From Candidatus Falkowbacteria bacterium (GTDB taxonomy: Bacteria; Patescibacteriota; Patescibacteriia; Patescibacteriales; UBA12465): a stretch of DNA of 39,553 nt. Both the position numbers and the translations under genes were made by a program. Below are positions 8,990-18,500 of the stretch, piece after piece. The notes below the pieces were generated by a model. That model made no database searches and was not told the origin of the DNA. It saw only the letters and a list, made by a program, of their open reading frames with translations. Position 1 is the first letter of the stretch, and every line of letters begins with the position of its first letter. The stretch spans positions 1 to 39,553 of the forward strand of contig JBAXLJ010000005.1 in assembly GCA_037134915.1 (NCBI GenBank). Direction: 5' to 3'.

Positions 8990-10114
8990 ATGGATACTTC
9001 GCTTATCTTTTTATTCGTCCTGGTCTTAGCCGGCTTAGCAATCGTTATTTTTATCTTGCTCAAGAAAAAAGATGCCGGAGAGGATAAATTAGCACCGTTT
9101 ATGGAACGGCTAGTCATTCAGTCGGAGCAACTTAATCAGTTAAATCGTCAAAATTCAGAGCTTCGTCAAGAATTAGACCATAAACTGTCAGAAACGCATC
9201 GAGCTAGCCAGGGGCAATTTGAGCAGACACAGCGGACCATTCAAAATATTACCGGTCAATCGGCTAAGCTGATTGCTGAGGTTACTGAGAAATTAACTAA
9301 GTTAGATGAAACTAATAAACAGGTGGTGAATTTTTCAGCGCAACTGCAGAGTTTACAAGATATTTTAAAAAATCCAAAGCAGCGTGGAGTCCTGGGAGAA
9401 TATTATTTGGAGGAAACTTTAAAAAACGTTTTGCCGCCCAAGTCTTATGAAATGCAGTATAAAATGGGTAAAGATGAAAAGACTGGCAAAGATTTAATTG
9501 TGGACGCGGTGGTGTTTGTTAAAGATAAAATCATTCCAATTGATGCCAAGTTCTCTTTAGAAAATTATGAGCGCTTACTTAATTGTTCAGACACTGAAAC
9601 TCGTAAAAAATTAGAAATTGCTTTTAAAACTGATTTGAAAAATCGAATCGACGAAACCTCAAAATATGTGATGCCTAACTTCGGTACACTAGAATTTGCT
9701 TTCATGTTTATTCCGTCAGAGTCTATCTATTATGATTTATTAGTTGGCAGTGTCGGTGGCGTTAAAGTAAATAGCCGTGATTTGATTGAATATGCTTTTC
9801 GTGAAAAGAAAGTTATTATAATTTCGCCAACTTCATTTTTGGCTTATTTACAGACGGTTTTACAAGGTTTAAAGGCGATGCAAATTGAAGAAAAAGCGAT
9901 TGAGATAAAACAAAATGTTGAGAAATTAGGTAGACATATCGTTTCTTACGATGACTTTTTACAGAAAATGGGTAACAGCTTAGCGACGACGGTTAACCAT
10001 TATAATAATGCTTCGGCGGAATTTAAAAAAATTGATAAAGACGTCATTAAAATTACGGGCGGAGTTAGCGAGGTTGAGGTTATTAAAATTGATCGACCAA
10101 AAAATGATGAATAA
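8990..10114 (+). CDS. rmuC: DNA recombination protein RmuC
   Basis: N-terminal TM anchor plus coiled coil, then RmuC core motifs GVLGEYYLEETL, DAVVFV..IPIDAKFSLENY and FMFIPSESIYYDL. Confidence 0.88.
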   Translation: MDTSLIFLFVLVLAGLAIVIFILLKKKDAGEDKLAPFMERLVIQSEQLNQLNRQNSELRQELDHKLSETHRASQGQFEQTQRTIQNITGQSAKLIAEVTEKLTKLDETNKQVVNFSAQLQSLQDILKNPKQRGVLGEYYLEETLKNVLPPKSYEMQYKMGKDEKTGKDLIVDAVVFVKDKIIPIDAKFSLENYERLLNCSDTETRKKLEIAFKTDLKNRIDETSKYVMPNFGTLEFAFMFIPSESIYYDLLVGSVGGVKVNSRDLIEYAFREKKVIIISPTSFLAYLQTVLQGLKAMQIEEKAIEIKQNVEKLGRHIVSYDDFLQKMGNSLATTVNHYNNASAEFKKIDKDVIKITGGVSEVEVIKIDRPKNDE

Positions 10115-11048
10115 TAATTACAAAGCCAATGCTCTCGAGCTTCGTGAAGCCGTTATGGAAACGCTTGTCTTTTTTGATCTTTTTAATTACCCCCTAACTC
10201 ATTGGGAGATTTGGCAGAATTTAAAATTTGAATCCAATTTGAATATTTTAGAAGATATTATAAATGAGCTCGTGGTTGAAAAAAATATTTATCAAAAAGA
10301 AGGCTTTTGTTTTTTGCCTGGCAGGGAGGATCTAATTGAAATTAGACGGGCACGTTATAATTATGCCAATTATAAAATTAAATTGGCGCGCCGTGCTTCA
10401 AGATTATTTAGGTTACTGCCAAGTGTAAAATTAGTCGCTGTTTCTAATTTAATTGGTCATCATAATTTGCGTAATGAAAGTGATATTGATATCTTTGTGG
10501 TTTCCTCGCCTCACCGCCTCTGGTTGACACGTTTATATTGCACGGGGTTAATGAAAATTATGAATAAACGCCCGACTAAGCAGTATAAACAGAATAAAAT
10601 TTGTTTGAGTTTTTATGTCAGTGTTGATGGACTATGCATGGAATCGTTACGCTTTAAACCAGACGATCCTTATTTTGATCACTGGTTTCTGGGTCTTTAT
10701 CCGATTTATGATGAGGATAGATATCTAGCTTATCTACGGTTTAAAAATCCTTGGCTAAAAAATTCTTTCCCTAATAGTTTGTTACTTAAGGAAAAGTTTC
10801 CAGATAATTATTGGCAGCGCACTTTGCTCGAAAAGATATTTTTCTGTGTCGGTGACTGGCTGGATTTTGTAGCTAAAAAAATTCAGATCGCGATTATGCC
10901 CTTAACTTTAAAAAATTTAGCTAAAAAAGAGTCAGGGGTAGTGATTACTGATTCTGTTTTACGTTTTTATTTAAACGATCGCCGAGCCGAATTCCATCAA
11001 AAATATTATGACCACTTAGCTAACTTTAAAGTTTATGAACCAAAATAA
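10104..11048 (+). CDS. Hypothetical protein with a possible Pol-beta-type nucleotidyltransferase motif
   Basis: ATG 10104 overlaps the rmuC stop by 11 nt. The track start at 10008 would lie about 100 nt inside rmuC. VAVSNLIGHHNLRNESDIDIFVV fits the hG[GS]-x(9-13)-DhD NTase pattern only loosely. Confidence 0.55.
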   Translation: MMNNNYKANALELREAVMETLVFFDLFNYPLTHWEIWQNLKFESNLNILEDIINELVVEKNIYQKEGFCFLPGREDLIEIRRARYNYANYKIKLARRASRLFRLLPSVKLVAVSNLIGHHNLRNESDIDIFVVSSPHRLWLTRLYCTGLMKIMNKRPTKQYKQNKICLSFYVSVDGLCMESLRFKPDDPYFDHWFLGLYPIYDEDRYLAYLRFKNPWLKNSFPNSLLLKEKFPDNYWQRTLLEKIFFCVGDWLDFVAKKIQIAIMPLTLKNLAKKESGVVITDSVLRFYLNDRRAEFHQKYYDHLANFKVYEPK

Positions 11049-12300
11049 ATTGAGCCAATATGCTCTTTATTTGTGGCTACTAGCCTGGCCCTGGCAAGCT
11101 AAATTAATTTTAGTAGCGGCCAGCTCTAACTATCTAGAGATATCATTTTTTTTGTCTTTGTTGCTATTGCTAATTCCAATTTTAATTTGGGGGCGGCGAA
11201 TTTTTACGGAGGATTATTTTCGTTTTAAAAAAGAACTAGATAAACCGCTCTGGTGGAGTGGCTTAATTCTGTTGGAGTTTATAACTTTTTTATCAATCTT
11301 TTGGGCTGACGATAAAATATTAGCGCTATCTCGTTACCTGATTTTAGTGCTTGGTATTTTATTATTTTATTTAGTAAAACGATCTGATTTTGTAAAAGTC
11401 ACTCAAGTGGGAAAAATATTTTTAATCGGATTAATCCCGCCGGCCATTTTAGGAATTTGGCAATTTTTTTCTCAGAGCGCTTCAGCCAATAAGTATCTGG
11501 GGTTGGCTTATCACTCAGCCGTTATTCTCGGAGATTCAATAATTGAAACTAGTGCGGGCCGTTATCTAAGAGCTTACGGCTCATTTGATCATCCTAATAT
11601 TTTAGGCGGTCTGATGGCTGTCGCTTTAATTCTGGCTCTATATTTAAGTTTGCAAAAAATTATCAGCCGTAACAATCGGCTCTTCTATTTTATTAGTTTT
11701 GCTATTTTTTATACCGCTCTGCTTCTTTCTTTTTCTCGATCGGGGATTATCGCTTTTTTTGTCAGCGCGCCTTTTTTGATATTTCATTTTTGGAGACAAG
11801 GTGTTTTTCAAAAAAAAATGATTGCTTTGTTTTTATTTTTGTTGGTTTTTATCTCGGCCATAATTATTATTCCTTATAGCGATTTATTTTTAGGAAGGGT
11901 TGATGCCTCTAGTCGTCTAGAAAAAAAATCCATTACCGAAAGAGAAACTTATTTAGGCCAAGCAACTAGACTTATTATCAAAAAACCCCTTCAAGGGGTT
12001 GGCGCTGGCAATTATGTTTTAGCTGAGCAGAAGAGTGATGATAGCAGCCACGAGACTTGGTATTATCAGCCGGTTCATAATTATTGGCTGCTCGTTTGGG
12101 CCGAGCTGGGAATTTTTGGCTTGTTTGGGGCTTTGATTTTTTGGCTGGCGATTATTAAAATTAGTGCTAAAAAATATTTATGGCCACTGGGCCTAGCCTT
12201 ATTTATTATCAGTTTACTGGATCATTGGCTCTGGACTCAGCCGCTGGGGCTGATAACATTTTTCTTGCTAGCCGCTTTGATGTTTAATGAGGATTTTTAA
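11035..12300 (+). CDS. O-antigen ligase / Wzy_C-like polytopic membrane protein
   Basis: About 10-12 TM helices, with a central FSRSGIIAF motif and an extracytoplasmic loop (RVDASSRLEKK...GVGAGNY...H..W) as seen in the O-antigen ligase/polymerase family. It overlaps the upstream gene by 14 nt. Confidence 0.65.
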   Translation: MNQNKLSQYALYLWLLAWPWQAKLILVAASSNYLEISFFLSLLLLLIPILIWGRRIFTEDYFRFKKELDKPLWWSGLILLEFITFLSIFWADDKILALSRYLILVLGILLFYLVKRSDFVKVTQVGKIFLIGLIPPAILGIWQFFSQSASANKYLGLAYHSAVILGDSIIETSAGRYLRAYGSFDHPNILGGLMAVALILALYLSLQKIISRNNRLFYFISFAIFYTALLLSFSRSGIIAFFVSAPFLIFHFWRQGVFQKKMIALFLFLLVFISAIIIIPYSDLFLGRVDASSRLEKKSITERETYLGQATRLIIKKPLQGVGAGNYVLAEQKSDDSSHETWYYQPVHNYWLLVWAELGIFGLFGALIFWLAIIKISAKKYLWPLGLALFIISLLDHWLWTQPLGLITFFLLAALMFNEDF

Positions 12301-12372
12301 TAGCTATTTACAAAATTAAATATCAGTATTAAGATACTCTGTTAACTTTGAACTTTGCCAAATATTTTGTTT

Positions 12373-12409
12373 CAGTAGTGAGTGTTTTAAATCAAAACCT
12401 TTACTACTG
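12373..12409 (+). other. 37-nt imperfect hairpin in a 160-nt leader, with no T-tract
   Basis: cagtagtgagtgtttt / aaaacctttactactg pairs at about 15 of 16 positions (including G-U pairs) around loop aaatc, 52 nt upstream of ATG 12461. Function unknown. Confidence 0.3.
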
Positions 12410-12460
12410 CAGCAAAATCAACGATGGTTTGAGAGCGGTGAATTTAAAAATTATATTGTC

Positions 12461-13096
12461 ATGAAAACGGAAAGTTCTGTTGTCGACAAGAGAAAGCTTT
12501 CCGATGAAGAAATTGGTAAATTATTTAAAAAAACTACCGAGATTATTCGTCGGATAAGCGAGGGGACTATTTTATACGAAGATTCTATCGAGATTCTTCA
12601 AAAAATAGTTATTGAAAAAACCCCCAATGAACATAAGCTTTATCTGGGGACAGCCAGGGGCACCCATCAAATTAAAGAAATTGAACACGAGGTTAATTGT
12701 GATGAGTCTCCGATGGTTATCCAGTATTGGAAAGTAGTTAATCATAAAAAAAGAGGCTTATTTAAGTTTAAACTTTCAAAGCTTTCTTTATTTAAATTTA
12801 AAAAACTATCTGGGGAAAACGAGGTCCAGTATGGTTTAAGGAAGGAGTCTATGAATACTTTGTTTTTGAACGCCAATGTTTTAGATTATTTATTGGCACA
12901 CCCTCATCTTATTCCTAATGAATGGGTGACTGAAAAAAAGATTGTTTTTCGAGGGACCGCTTATTATAATCATGATGAAGGAATCTGTTTTCGGGCACTA
13001 TCTTGGGACAGCCTAAAAGGATCTTGGGGTTGGTGTTGGATATTTTGCGCCCCCTATAATGAGGGGAAAGTAGCCGCAATTGCTGTTGCCGTTTAA
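12461..13096 (+). CDS. Hypothetical protein (211 aa), orphan
   Basis: Clean ORF followed 7 nt later by a strong terminator. It contains a lysine-rich low-complexity stretch KFKLSKLSLFKFKKLS and a Trp/Cys-rich C-terminus (SWGWCWIFCAPY). No family recognised. Confidence 0.6.
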   Translation: MKTESSVVDKRKLSDEEIGKLFKKTTEIIRRISEGTILYEDSIEILQKIVIEKTPNEHKLYLGTARGTHQIKEIEHEVNCDESPMVIQYWKVVNHKKRGLFKFKLSKLSLFKFKKLSGENEVQYGLRKESMNTLFLNANVLDYLLAHPHLIPNEWVTEKKIVFRGTAYYNHDEGICFRALSWDSLKGSWGWCWIFCAPYNEGKVAAIAVAV

Positions 13097-13102
13097 CTTT
13101 TT

Positions 13103-13150
13103 GGACCTTAGTTTATCTAACAGGTGTTATTTAAACTAAGGTCCTTTTTT
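13103..13150 (+). terminator. Rho-independent terminator
   Basis: A 13-bp perfect stem ggaccttagttta/taaactaaggtcc with a 16-nt loop, followed by T6. Confidence 0.8.
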
Positions 13151-13152
13151 AA

Positions 13153-13184
13153 TAAAAAAAACGAGCTTATTTGGCTCGTTTTTT
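13153..13184. terminator. Bidirectional hairpin terminator overlapping the stop of the 71-aa minus-strand ORF
   Basis: A stem acgagc/gctcgt flanked by an A8 run on the left and a T5 run on the right. Read on the minus strand it follows the stop at 13167-13169. Confidence 0.5.
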
Positions 13185-13382
13185 GATGTAGTAATTTTTT
13201 TGTAAATTCATCAGGTCATCATGAATCTCCGGATAACTTTCAGGCCACTTATTTTGTTTTTGATATAGAGATAAAATGGTGGCCAAAGTTCCAAAATAAT
13301 CATCGGATTCGACGTGAAATCGGATACTCTCTTCGTCATGCAATAAAAAATTATAAGACTTAATTTGATAAGAAGTTATCAT
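13167..13382 (-). CDS. Small hypothetical protein (71 aa), co-oriented with radC
   Basis: ORF 29 nt downstream of radC on the same strand, followed by a terminator. No recognisable motif. Confidence 0.4.
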   Translation of the reverse strand: MITSYQIKSYNFLLHDEESIRFHVESDDYFGTLATILSLYQKQNKWPESYPEIHDDLMNLQKNYYIKKRAK

Positions 13383-13411
13383 ACTAATTTGAAATCTGAG
13401 GGGGTGACTCG

Positions 13412-14155
13412 CTATTTTAAAGGCACACTAATAAATTTATTACCGGCAATAATTAGATGATCTAAAACGTCGATGCCAAGAACTTTTCCGGCTTCAACTA
13501 AATTAGCGGTTACTTCTAAATCGGCAGGCGTTACTTTTAAGGATCCTGATGGATGGTTGTGGGCAATAATGACGGCTACGGCGCTATATTCAAAGGCGGG
13601 CTTAAAAACTTCTCGAGGGTGGACCAAACTAGAAGTTAGACTGCCAACGGAAATTACTTCGTCATGAACTAGTTGATAGCGGCTATTTAAATATAAGCCA
13701 CGGAAATTTTCTTTGCCTAAATCGCCCATTTCTTTGAGGTGCTCAAAGGCTTGTTTGGCACTTCTAATAGTGACTGATCCATGAGGTTTTTTTAAAAAGA
13801 AACGGCGACCCAGTTCAAAGCAAGCCACGATTTGGCAAGCTTTTACTATTGGCACCTTAAGTTCCTTGGATAATTTTTCCGGATTAGACTGGCTGATAAT
13901 TGCTTTTTCGCCATATTCTTTTAACAGGCGGGAACTGAGCTCTAAAACTCCCTCTTTTTTGTCACCCGTGTTTAAAATAATGGCCAGTAGTTCGGCGGAA
14001 GATAGTTCGCTGGCGCCGCGGCTGATCATTTTTTCTCGAGGTTTGTCGGTGGTTGGCAGGTCTTTAACGCGCAAGACATATTTCTTATCACCACTCAAGA
14101 TAAGATCGTGATCGTTAATTTTGTAAGTCGCCATAGATAAAGAAGTTAGGGCCAT
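13412..14155 (-). CDS. radC: RadC-like JAB-domain protein (UPF0758)
   Basis: N-terminal helix-hairpin-helix-like region (LSSAELLAIIL), and a C-terminal JAB/MPN metalloprotease motif (REVFKPAFEYSAVAVIIAHNHPSG). Confidence 0.9.
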   Translation of the reverse strand: MALTSLSMATYKINDHDLILSGDKKYVLRVKDLPTTDKPREKMISRGASELSSAELLAIILNTGDKKEGVLELSSRLLKEYGEKAIISQSNPEKLSKELKVPIVKACQIVACFELGRRFFLKKPHGSVTIRSAKQAFEHLKEMGDLGKENFRGLYLNSRYQLVHDEVISVGSLTSSLVHPREVFKPAFEYSAVAVIIAHNHPSGSLKVTPADLEVTANLVEAGKVLGIDVLDHLIIAGNKFISVPLK

Positions 14156-14233
14156 AAGTAAATAAGTCTGGCTAGTTCCAATTATAGCAGACTTGTGATA
14201 AATTTAAAGTATAAAACTTATAATACAAATCAT

Positions 14234-15508
14234 ATGAAACAGTATAATATTAATACTTTAGATAATAAATTAGCTTATATTAGCGCGCCTCTGGCGGGCA
14301 CGAAAACTATTACCGTTTTAGTTGTTATTAAAACTGGCTCTAAATATGAAAGTCGCCGAGAAAGCGGCTTGTCTCACTTTTTAGAGCACATGTTTTTTAA
14401 GGGGACGATAAAGCGCCCCACCGCCCTAGCTTTAGCCTCAGAACTTGATAGTGTTGGCGGTGAGTATAACGCCTTTACTTCCAAAGAGTATACGGGGTAT
14501 TGGATAAAAGTTTCTTCAGAGAAAACAGAAATTGCTTTAGAGTTAGTTTCTGACATGTTGCTTAATTCTACTTTTCCGGCCGAAGAAATCGAACGAGAGA
14601 AAGGCACAATCATCGAAGAACTTAATATGTATGAAGACAACCCTTTGATGAAGATTGAAGATGTTTTTGAGACCTGTCTTTATGGCGATACCCCGGCTGG
14701 TTGGGATACTATTGGGACAATCTCTAATATTAAAGCCTTTAAGCGTCAGGATTTTATTAAGTATTTCGAGCGCCAATACGGCACCAAAAGCTCGACTTTA
14801 ATTGTAGCTGGTAATTTACCAAAAAATACTAATAACTTAGTTAAAAAATATTTTTCGCCTTTTACTAAGAATGCCTGGAAAGATAAGGTTAAGGTCAGGG
14901 AAAATCAAAAAACACCAGCACTTTTAAAGGTGGTTAAAAAAACCGATCAAGTGACTTTATCTTTAGGTGTCAGAACCTCAGCCATCGGTCATAAGGATGA
15001 ATTTATTATTAAGCTACTGGCGATTATTTTAGGTGGTTCAATGAGTTCTAGATTGTTTAGTGAGATTAGAGAGCGTCGCGGACTCGCTTATTCTGTCAGA
15101 ACGGGAACGGAATTTTATTCTGATTCCGGTTATTTAACTACAACTACCGGTATTAAATTAAATCATGAAGAAGAGGTGGTTAATTTAATTATTGATGCTT
15201 ATAAAAAAGTATCGACTGAGCTTGTTCCTGAAGAAGAATTAATTCGCGCCAAAGACATGCTCAAAGGACGTCTGGCCATTTCACTTGAGGCGTCAGATGA
15301 TTTAGCTAATTGGTACGGGCGGCAAGCGATTTTGCGCAAGAAATATATTACCCCAGAAGACTATGCTGAAGAAATTAATAAGATTACGGCCGCTGATTTA
15401 CGTCGTATCGCCAAAAAAATATTTGTCGAACATAATTTAAACTTAGCTTTAATTGGACCAATTGATGTTAAAAAGGAAGCTGTTTTAAGAAAAGCCTTAA
15501 AATTATAA
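14234..15508 (+). CDS. M16-family (pitrilysin/insulinase-like) zinc peptidase
   Basis: Inverted zinc motif HxxEH in GLSHFLEHMFFKGT, with the downstream E (EREKGTIIEE). ATG 14234 is preferred over the track's GTG 14195. Confidence 0.88.
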   Translation: MKQYNINTLDNKLAYISAPLAGTKTITVLVVIKTGSKYESRRESGLSHFLEHMFFKGTIKRPTALALASELDSVGGEYNAFTSKEYTGYWIKVSSEKTEIALELVSDMLLNSTFPAEEIEREKGTIIEELNMYEDNPLMKIEDVFETCLYGDTPAGWDTIGTISNIKAFKRQDFIKYFERQYGTKSSTLIVAGNLPKNTNNLVKKYFSPFTKNAWKDKVKVRENQKTPALLKVVKKTDQVTLSLGVRTSAIGHKDEFIIKLLAIILGGSMSSRLFSEIRERRGLAYSVRTGTEFYSDSGYLTTTTGIKLNHEEEVVNLIIDAYKKVSTELVPEEELIRAKDMLKGRLAISLEASDDLANWYGRQAILRKKYITPEDYAEEINKITAADLRRIAKKIFVEHNLNLALIGPIDVKKEAVLRKALKL

Positions 15509-15527
15509 ACCTGTGGTTGAGGACTTA

Positions 15528-18500
15528 ATGCAAAAATTAAATAGTCGTCAAAAAGAAGCCGTCACTCATGAATCCGGCCCGCTTTTAATTGTGGCTGGCG
15601 CGGGAACTGGAAAAACAACGGTGTTAATTAATCGTTTAGCGCATTTAGTTTTAGATAAAGGGCTATCTACTGAAGAAATCTTACTGCTTACTTTTACTGA
15701 AAAATCCGCTAGTGAATTAGAAGCTCGCGCTGACACCTTGCTGCCGTATGGCTACGTTGATTTGTGGATTCATACTTTTCACGGTTTTTGTGAACGTATT
15801 TTGCGTGAACACGCTTTAGATATTGGACTAGCCGCTGATTTTAAATTAATTTCGGCTACCGAACAATGGATTTTGATTAAGAAAAATCTAGCTCGTTTTG
15901 ATTTAGATTATTATAAGCCACTGGGCAATCCAACTAAGTTTATCTCGGAATTACTACGCCACTTTTCTCGTCTTAAAGATGAAGATGTCTCGGCTTTAGA
16001 TTATCTAGAAACAGCGTCTAAAAATATAGATGAAGATGAGCTGGAAGTAAAACGCTTAAAGGAACTAGCAACCGCTTATCAAACTTACAATGAACTATTA
16101 CTCGAAAATAATTTTTTAGATTTTGGCGACTTAATTGTCTTTACTCTTAAACTATTTAAAACTAGACCTAATATTTTAAGTGCTTATCAAAAGCAGTTTA
16201 AACATATTATGGTCGATGAATTTCAAGATACCAATTGGGCGCAGTATGAGTTAATTAAAATGTTAGCGCTACCAAGCAATAACTTAACTGTTGTTGGTGA
16301 TGATGACCAGTGTTTATCTGGTGACGCTTTAATTTCAACTAGAGGAAAATCAAAGAAAATAAAGGATATAAAAATTGGCGATGAAGTGACTACGGCTGTT
16401 GGTAAAGGTTATTTAAGTTATAGTCCAGTTGAATATATAAATAAAACCAAAAAGAAATGTCGCCTGATAACTTTTAAATTGAAATCTGGAAAGAAAATAA
16501 CCGTAACTGATAATCATAAACTTTTTGCTTTTACACCTCGTATTTCTATTAAGAAATATTACTACGTTTATTTGATGTTTAAACAAGAACTCGGTTGGCG
16601 CATGGGTATGACCAATGATTTAGCGACTCGTTTAAGATTAGAGCGAGGGGCTGATAGCATTATGCCCGTTGGCTGTTTTGATTCTTTAGAAGAAGCTAGA
16701 TTTAATGAAGAACTTTTATCTTTAAGATATGGAATTCCAATCTCTTGTTTTATGGAGCGTGACGGCATCATGGACAAGAAAATTTGGTCAGAAAGATTAT
16801 ATAAAGAACTTAAAGTTGATGACGGTGTTAGATTATTATCTCAAGATAAAAATTTAGATTTGAATTATCCGCCATATATTTTGCAAGGCGTTAAATGTGG
16901 TGGTAAATCCAGGATTATTATTGGTTTAGAAATGTGTTGCCGCAGTTATCGTTCTAAATATGATAAAAATGGTTTTTTAGATCATCCACAAATTTTCCAC
17001 TCACTAAGTCTAGAAACTAGCGATGCTAAAGTAATTGCTAAACTTAAAAAATTAAATTTATCAGTTACTGCCGCTAAAAAAGGTAAGCGAGTTAGAATTA
17101 CTAGCACTGATTTAGCTTATTTGGGCGCCGTGGCTAAAAAAATCCAACATGAAGTCGGTGGCTTTATTGAGGTAAAAATGAATATTGCCACCAATAAAGA
17201 AAAATATCTAAAGTCTTTAGTTATTCCTGCTAAAAATATTTTTCCTGGCATGTCACTACCAGTAATGTCCGACAAAGGTTTGGTATACGAAGAAATAATT
17301 AGCCGCAGTGAAAAAGAAAAAATAGAAACTGTTTATGATTTAGAAATCGCGCGCACCCATAATTTCATCGCCGATGGTATTGCGGTTCACAATTCAATCT
17401 ACAAATTCCGGGGCGCTTCAATTTCGAACATCATGCAGTTTAAAGATGACTACAAAGACGCCAAAGAATTAGTGCTCGTCGATAATTATCGTTCTCGCCA
17501 GGAAATTTTAGATTATTCTTATGAGTTTATTAAACATAATAACCCTAATCGCTTAGAAGAAAAATTACATATTGATAAGCAACTTAAATCAGGGGCTAAT
17601 TTTGAAACTAAAGAAGCGGCCGCGGTTAGATACTTACAATTTAATCGTGGCGAGGAAGAAGTTGGTTTTGTCTCTTCCCAAATTGCTGATTTATATCAGC
17701 AGAAAAAAGGTCAGTGGTTGGACTTTGCAATTTTAGTGCGCGCCAATGATACCGCTGATGCTTATGTTAAGGAATTAACACGACTAGGAATTCCAAATCA
17801 ATTCGTGTCGCTCAAAGGTTTGTATTTTAAAGATATTATTTTAGATTGTTTAGCTTATCTTAGACTTCTAGATAATTATCATGAATCATCAGCTTTATTT
17901 CGCGTGCTTAACATGCCTAATTTTAAAGTTAGTCATTTAGATATTATTACGATTAATAAATTTGCGAAGCATAAAGTCTGGTCATTGTTTGAAGCCTTAA
18001 AAAATATTTCGGCTATTCCTAATGTCTCTGAAACGGGTCGAAATAATATCGATAAACTACTTGAACTATTAGATAAACACTCTAAATTAGTTGCTGACTC
18101 TGAACCATCCAAAATATTTTTACGCTTTGCTTACGACTCAGGACTCGTGGCTTCTTATGATTTTGACCGTGATCAAGAAATTTTTTCTTATCTTAATCAG
18201 TTCTACCAAAAAATAAAAAAGTTTGAAGATACACTACCTGCCTCACGTCTAAATGACTTCATGCAACTGATGGATTTAGAACTTGAAGCTGGAGAAGTGG
18301 GGGCCCTGCGTTTAGATTTTTCTGATAATGACACCGTGAAAATTATGACGGTTCACGCCGCTAAAGGTTTAGAATTTAAATATGTCTTTTTAGTAAACAT
18401 AGTAGACAAAAAGTTTCCAACTATTTCGCGTTCTGAGAAAATTAGTATCCCTGATAATTTAGTTAAAGAAAAAATTGTTAGCAGTAAGGATGCTCATATT

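Noticed and set aside
10008-10103. Track start (ATG 10008) for the 346-aa ORF
   Set aside because: It would place about 100 nt inside rmuC in another frame. ATG 10104 gives the short 11-nt overlap typical of this contig and a sensible N-terminus.
12301-12460. tRNA or small RNA gene in the larger intergenic gaps (12301-12460 and 22241-22411)
   Set aside because: No cloverleaf-compatible arms and no T-loop (GTTCRANYC) consensus. Only one simple hairpin and promoter-like AT-rich sequence were found.
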